From contig CAVSGI010000008.1 in the NCBI GenBank assembly GCA_963727445.1, forward strand, positions 480,001-544,000: a DNA stretch of 64,000 nucleotides, written 5' to 3'. The position numbers and the translations under genes are program-made. The stretch is from an uncultured delta proteobacterium (GTDB lineage: Bacteria > Myxococcota_A > Polyangia > Polyangiales > B10-G4). The notes beneath the pieces are model-generated. The model was not told the DNA's origin, searched no databases, and worked only from the letters and a program-made list of their open reading frames with translations. The first letter of the stretch is position 1, and each line of letters opens with the position of its first letter. Positions 60,685 to 64,000 of the stretch are shown in pieces.

Positions 60685-61632
60685 ATGAGCCCCTCCCACG
60701 AGGAACGCCGGGTCGCACGCCTTTCGGAGATCTTCCAGCACGACCGCGACGACATCTCTCTCGGCATCGGCGACGACGCCGCGGTTCTCGCTCCGTCGAG
60801 TCGCTCGCAGGTTCTGAGCGTGGACGTGCAGGTCGAGGGCGTGCATTTCCGGCGCGGCTGGCTCTCGATGTCCGACCTCGGCCATCGCGCTTATCACGCG
60901 GCGGCGAGCGATCTGGCAGCGATGGGGGCGATGCCGCGCGCAGCGCTCTGCTCCTGGGTCCTGACGAAAGACGTATCCGACGAAGAGCTCGAGTCGCTCG
61001 CGCGCGGGACGGCGAGCGCCGCACGCGACGTCGGCGCACCGGTGATCGGTGGCAACCTCTCGCGCGGGACGGAGATCTCGATCACCACGACGGTGATCGG
61101 CGAGGTGGAAGCCGCGCGCCTCGAGCGCGCGGGCGCCAAGCCCGGAGACGGCATCTACGTCACGGGTACCGTGGGTGGCGCGGGGCTCGGCGTGGTGGCG
61201 CTCGATGGTGGCCACGCGGACGACGCGCGCTTCGCTGATTTCATCGACGCCTATCGCCGGCCCGTCGCCCAGATCGTGATCGGCCGTCGCTTGCTCCGCC
61301 TCGCGAGCGCGGCCGCCGACGTCTCGGACGGCCTCGTCACCGATCTCGGCCACATCTGTGCCGCCTCGAAGGTCGGTGCGCGGCTGCGCGCCGATCTGGT
61401 CCCGACCCTCCCCGGGTTCTCCGAAGCCGCCGCTTCTCTCTCGGCCGATCCCCTGCGCCTCGCGCTCGCGGGGGGCGAAGACTTCCAGCTCGTCTTCACC
61501 GCGCCGCTCGGAGAGTCGGTCACCGAGATCGCCACCCTGATCGGAGAGATCGAAGAAGGAAGCGGCGTCCGGTGCGTAGGCGAGGACGGAGCGCCGATCG
61601 ACGCCGATTTCGGCGGATTCGACCACTTCTGA
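60685..61632 (+). CDS. thiL: Thiamine-monophosphate kinase
   Basis: GIGDDAAVL, EGVHF, SDLAAMGA.P, IGGN, DVSDGL, GGEDF, GFDHF. Confidence 0.96.
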   Translation: MSPSHEERRVARLSEIFQHDRDDISLGIGDDAAVLAPSSRSQVLSVDVQVEGVHFRRGWLSMSDLGHRAYHAAASDLAAMGAMPRAALCSWVLTKDVSDEELESLARGTASAARDVGAPVIGGNLSRGTEISITTTVIGEVEAARLERAGAKPGDGIYVTGTVGGAGLGVVALDGGHADDARFADFIDAYRRPVAQIVIGRRLLRLASAAADVSDGLVTDLGHICAASKVGARLRADLVPTLPGFSEAAASLSADPLRLALAGGEDFQLVFTAPLGESVTEIATLIGEIEEGSGVRCVGEDGAPIDADFGGFDHF

Positions 61633-61658
61633 TCGAGCTGCTAAACCCTCGCGACCCG

Positions 61659-62411
61659 ATGGATCCGAAGGCACTGCAAATTCTTCTCGAGCGCGTCGAA
61701 GCCGGTGAGACCACCGTCGACGAAGCGATGCGCGCACTCAAGGACCTCCCCTTCGCCGACCTGGGATACGCGACCATCGATCATCATCGCGCGCTCAGGA
61801 ACGGCTATCCCGAGGTCGTGTTCGGCGTGGGCAAGACCGTCGATCAGATCACGGGCATCGTCACCGAGATCGCCGGTCGTGATCAGACCGTGCTGGTGAC
61901 GCGCATCGAAGCCGAGGTCGGCAGCGCGCTCACCTCGCGCATCGACGGATTCGTGTACGACGCGCTCTCGCGCACCGGTCTCGTGTCCAGGCAGCCGCCG
62001 CCCAAGAACTCGACGCTTCCCATCTGCGTGGTCACGGCCGGGACGAGCGATCTCCCGGTCGCCGCCGAAGCGGCGGTGACCGCCGAGGCTTTGGGCAACG
62101 AGGTGACACGCCTCACCGACGTGGGCGTCGCCGGCATCCATCGTCTGCTCGCGCGCCGTGACGTCCTCGCCGAAGCAGGCGCGGTGGTCGTGGTCGCAGG
62201 GATGGAAGGCGCACTGGCGAGCGTGGTCGGCGGGCTGGTGGACGTACCCGTGGTCGCGGTGCCCACCTCGATCGGGTACGGCGCGAGCTTCGAGGGCATC
62301 GCGCCGCTCTTGACGATGCTCAACAGCTGCGCCAGCGGCGTGACGGTCGTCAACATCGACAACGGCTTCGGCGGCGCGTATGCCGCCAGCCTGATCGTCC
62401 GCGGCCGCTAG
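61659..62411 (+). CDS. larB: Nickel-pincer cofactor biosynthesis protein LarB
   Basis: DHHRALR.GYPEVVFG.GKT, AGTSDLPVA.EA, DVGVAGIHR, AGMEGAL, PTSIGYG, LNSCA.G, VNIDNGFG. Confidence 0.95.
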   Translation: MDPKALQILLERVEAGETTVDEAMRALKDLPFADLGYATIDHHRALRNGYPEVVFGVGKTVDQITGIVTEIAGRDQTVLVTRIEAEVGSALTSRIDGFVYDALSRTGLVSRQPPPKNSTLPICVVTAGTSDLPVAAEAAVTAEALGNEVTRLTDVGVAGIHRLLARRDVLAEAGAVVVVAGMEGALASVVGGLVDVPVVAVPTSIGYGASFEGIAPLLTMLNSCASGVTVVNIDNGFGGAYAASLIVRGR

Positions 62412-63718
62412 CACGCCCGCTCCACGAGCTCGAAGAGGTTCGGCCCTTCGAGCTGCTCGAAGCGATACCTCACGCGCGCGATGGGGAACGGAACCTCGAA
62501 GAGTCGCTCGAGGCTCGCCGGGCTCGCGTCCACCACGGCGTCGGGAGCGCACCGGACGATGGTCTCGCGCAGCTCTTCACGCTGCGATTCCGAGTAGCCG
62601 AGCGCAGGCAGCACGCGGTGCATGTGCGGATAGGCGGCGAAGGTGCTCGCGATGCTACCCACGGCGTGGGGCCGCGGATCGATGAGCTCCTTCGCGCCGT
62701 GACGCATCGCCGCGACCGTTCCGGCACCGTAGCTCATGCCCCCGTGAGTGAGCGTGGGCCCGTCCTCGACCACCAGGACCCGCTTTCCTTCGACGAGCGC
62801 CGGTTGGTCGAGCTCGACCAGCAGGTCCGAGACCACGATCTCGGCGGACGGGCAGAGCGCACGCGCGTTTCGCCGAATCGTCTCCACCGCACCCTTCGCG
62901 GCACCGCCGACCTTGTTGATCACCACCACGTCGGCGGCGCGAAAACCGGTCTCGCCCGGGTAGTAGGCGACCTCGTGACCGGGCCGCAGGGCGTCAGCGA
63001 CCACGATCGAGAGGTCGGGGCGGAAGAAGCAGGTGTCGTTGTTTCCCCCGTCCCACAGGATCACGTCGCTCTCGGCTTCGGCCGCCTCGAGGATCTTGGC
63101 GTAGTCCACGCCCGCGAAGATGGTGAGCCCGCGCTCGACGTAGGGCTCGTACTCCTCCCGCTCCTCGATGGAGCACTCCGCCGCATCGAGGTCGTCGAGG
63201 GTCGCGAAGCGCTGCACGCTCTGACGGCGGAGATCGCCGTAAGGCATGGGATGACGGATGACGCCCACCCGCATCGAACGGGCGTGGAGGTGCGCCGCAA
63301 GCGCCTGGGTGATCGGGCTCTTGCCGGCCCCCGTTCGAACGGCGGTGACCGAGACCACCGGCCGGTGCGCGCGCAGCTGCGTGTGCTTCGGTCCCAACAG
63401 GACGAAGGACGCGCCGGCTGCCTGCACCAGGCTCGCCTTGTGCATCACCTCTTCGTGCGGAAGGTCGCTGTAGCTCAGGAACACGAAGTCGACGTCGTAC
63501 TTGCGGATCAAGCCCGCGAGCTCACGCTCGTGACGGATGGGGATGTCGTCGTCGTAGTGGGACCCCGCCAGCTCGCGGGGGAACTTCCGCTCGTCGATGA
63601 AGGGGATCTGATCGGCGGTGAAGCAGCAGACGCGGAAGGTGGGGTGGGCGACGAGGAAGGTTTGAAAGTCGTGAAAGTCACGACCAGCCGCGCCCATCAC
63701 GATGCAGTTGAATGTCAT
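62408..63718 (-). CDS. COG2403 P-loop enzyme (annotated cDPG synthetase-like/GTPase; arginine synthetase ArcE-like)
   Basis: MGAAGRDFH, AVRTGAGKS, RHPMPYG, IEEREEYE, AGVDY, WDGGNND, EDGPTLTHG. Confidence 0.88.
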   Translation of the reverse strand: MTFNCIVMGAAGRDFHDFQTFLVAHPTFRVCCFTADQIPFIDERKFPRELAGSHYDDDIPIRHERELAGLIRKYDVDFVFLSYSDLPHEEVMHKASLVQAAGASFVLLGPKHTQLRAHRPVVSVTAVRTGAGKSPITQALAAHLHARSMRVGVIRHPMPYGDLRRQSVQRFATLDDLDAAECSIEEREEYEPYVERGLTIFAGVDYAKILEAAEAESDVILWDGGNNDTCFFRPDLSIVVADALRPGHEVAYYPGETGFRAADVVVINKVGGAAKGAVETIRRNARALCPSAEIVVSDLLVELDQPALVEGKRVLVVEDGPTLTHGGMSYGAGTVAAMRHGAKELIDPRPHAVGSIASTFAAYPHMHRVLPALGYSESQREELRETIVRCAPDAVVDASPASLERLFEVPFPIARVRYRFEQLEGPNLFELVERAC

Positions 63719-63837
63719 CGGGTACGTTTCCGGCGGAGCGGTTTTGGTCCGCTGCCGTCGATGGCCATGTACGCACGAGAGCCTGCTTGGAAAGGGAGCG
63801 CTGGCGACGCCGACCCGGAGGGCATAGGCTCCGCCGG

Positions 63838-64000
63838 ATGAGCGGAGAGGAGCACGAGGACGGGCACGGGCACGGGCATGGGCACGGGCATGGGCACGGG
63901 CCTGCAGCGATGAGCCCGCTGCCCGACGCGGCGCTCGTCGGCGACCTCTCGGCCAACGCCGGCGCGGGTCACATCCTCTTCCTCGACGCCCAGAGCGGGC
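63838..64000 (+). CDS. larC: 5' end of nickel insertase LarC with (Gly-His)6 N-terminal tract; runs off the window
   Basis: MSGEEHED(GH)6GP...GAGHILFLDAQSG resembles the LarC N-terminal motif (ILY.D..SG..GDM); close to larB. Confidence 0.75.
   Translation, partial: MSGEEHEDGHGHGHGHGHGHGPAAMSPLPDAALVGDLSANAGAGHILFLDAQSG

Overview
High-GC bacterial DNA that reads as Myxococcota, probably Polyangiales/Sandaracinaceae-like. This is inferred from three Hanks-type Ser/Thr kinases, an FHA-AAA+-Fis regulator, an MglA-family GTPase, vWA/RCC1/Cys-rich lipoproteins and many small outer-membrane beta-barrels. The assembly has many single-base indels, densest in sdhA/B and the dcw genes, so many real genes are split across frames; coordinates for these are reconstructed by eye. 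Core content: sdhCAB, a KamA-family radical SAM enzyme, an orphan D12-class adenine methyltransferase, hisC, an S66 LD-carboxypeptidase, DedA, and the minus-strand dcw cluster (mraZ-rsmH-ftsL-ftsI-murE-murF-mraY-murD-ftsW-murG-murC-ftsQ // ftsA-ftsZ). The cluster lacks murB and ddl and is split by about 8.7 kb of other genes. The right end holds an MglA-like GTPase, a PocR histidine kinase, thiL, larB, a COG2403 (ArcE/CpgS-like) gene and the start of a His-rich larC. The most unusual signal is non-coding. Two tandem arrays of 51-bp and 52-bp hairpin-bearing units lie 35 kb apart, and each is preceded at nearly the same distance by the same two-hairpin leader motif. The first array sits inside long inverted arms built from a G-rich 126-bp repeat. 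A separate, highly structured ~164-nt element lies between murG and murC.
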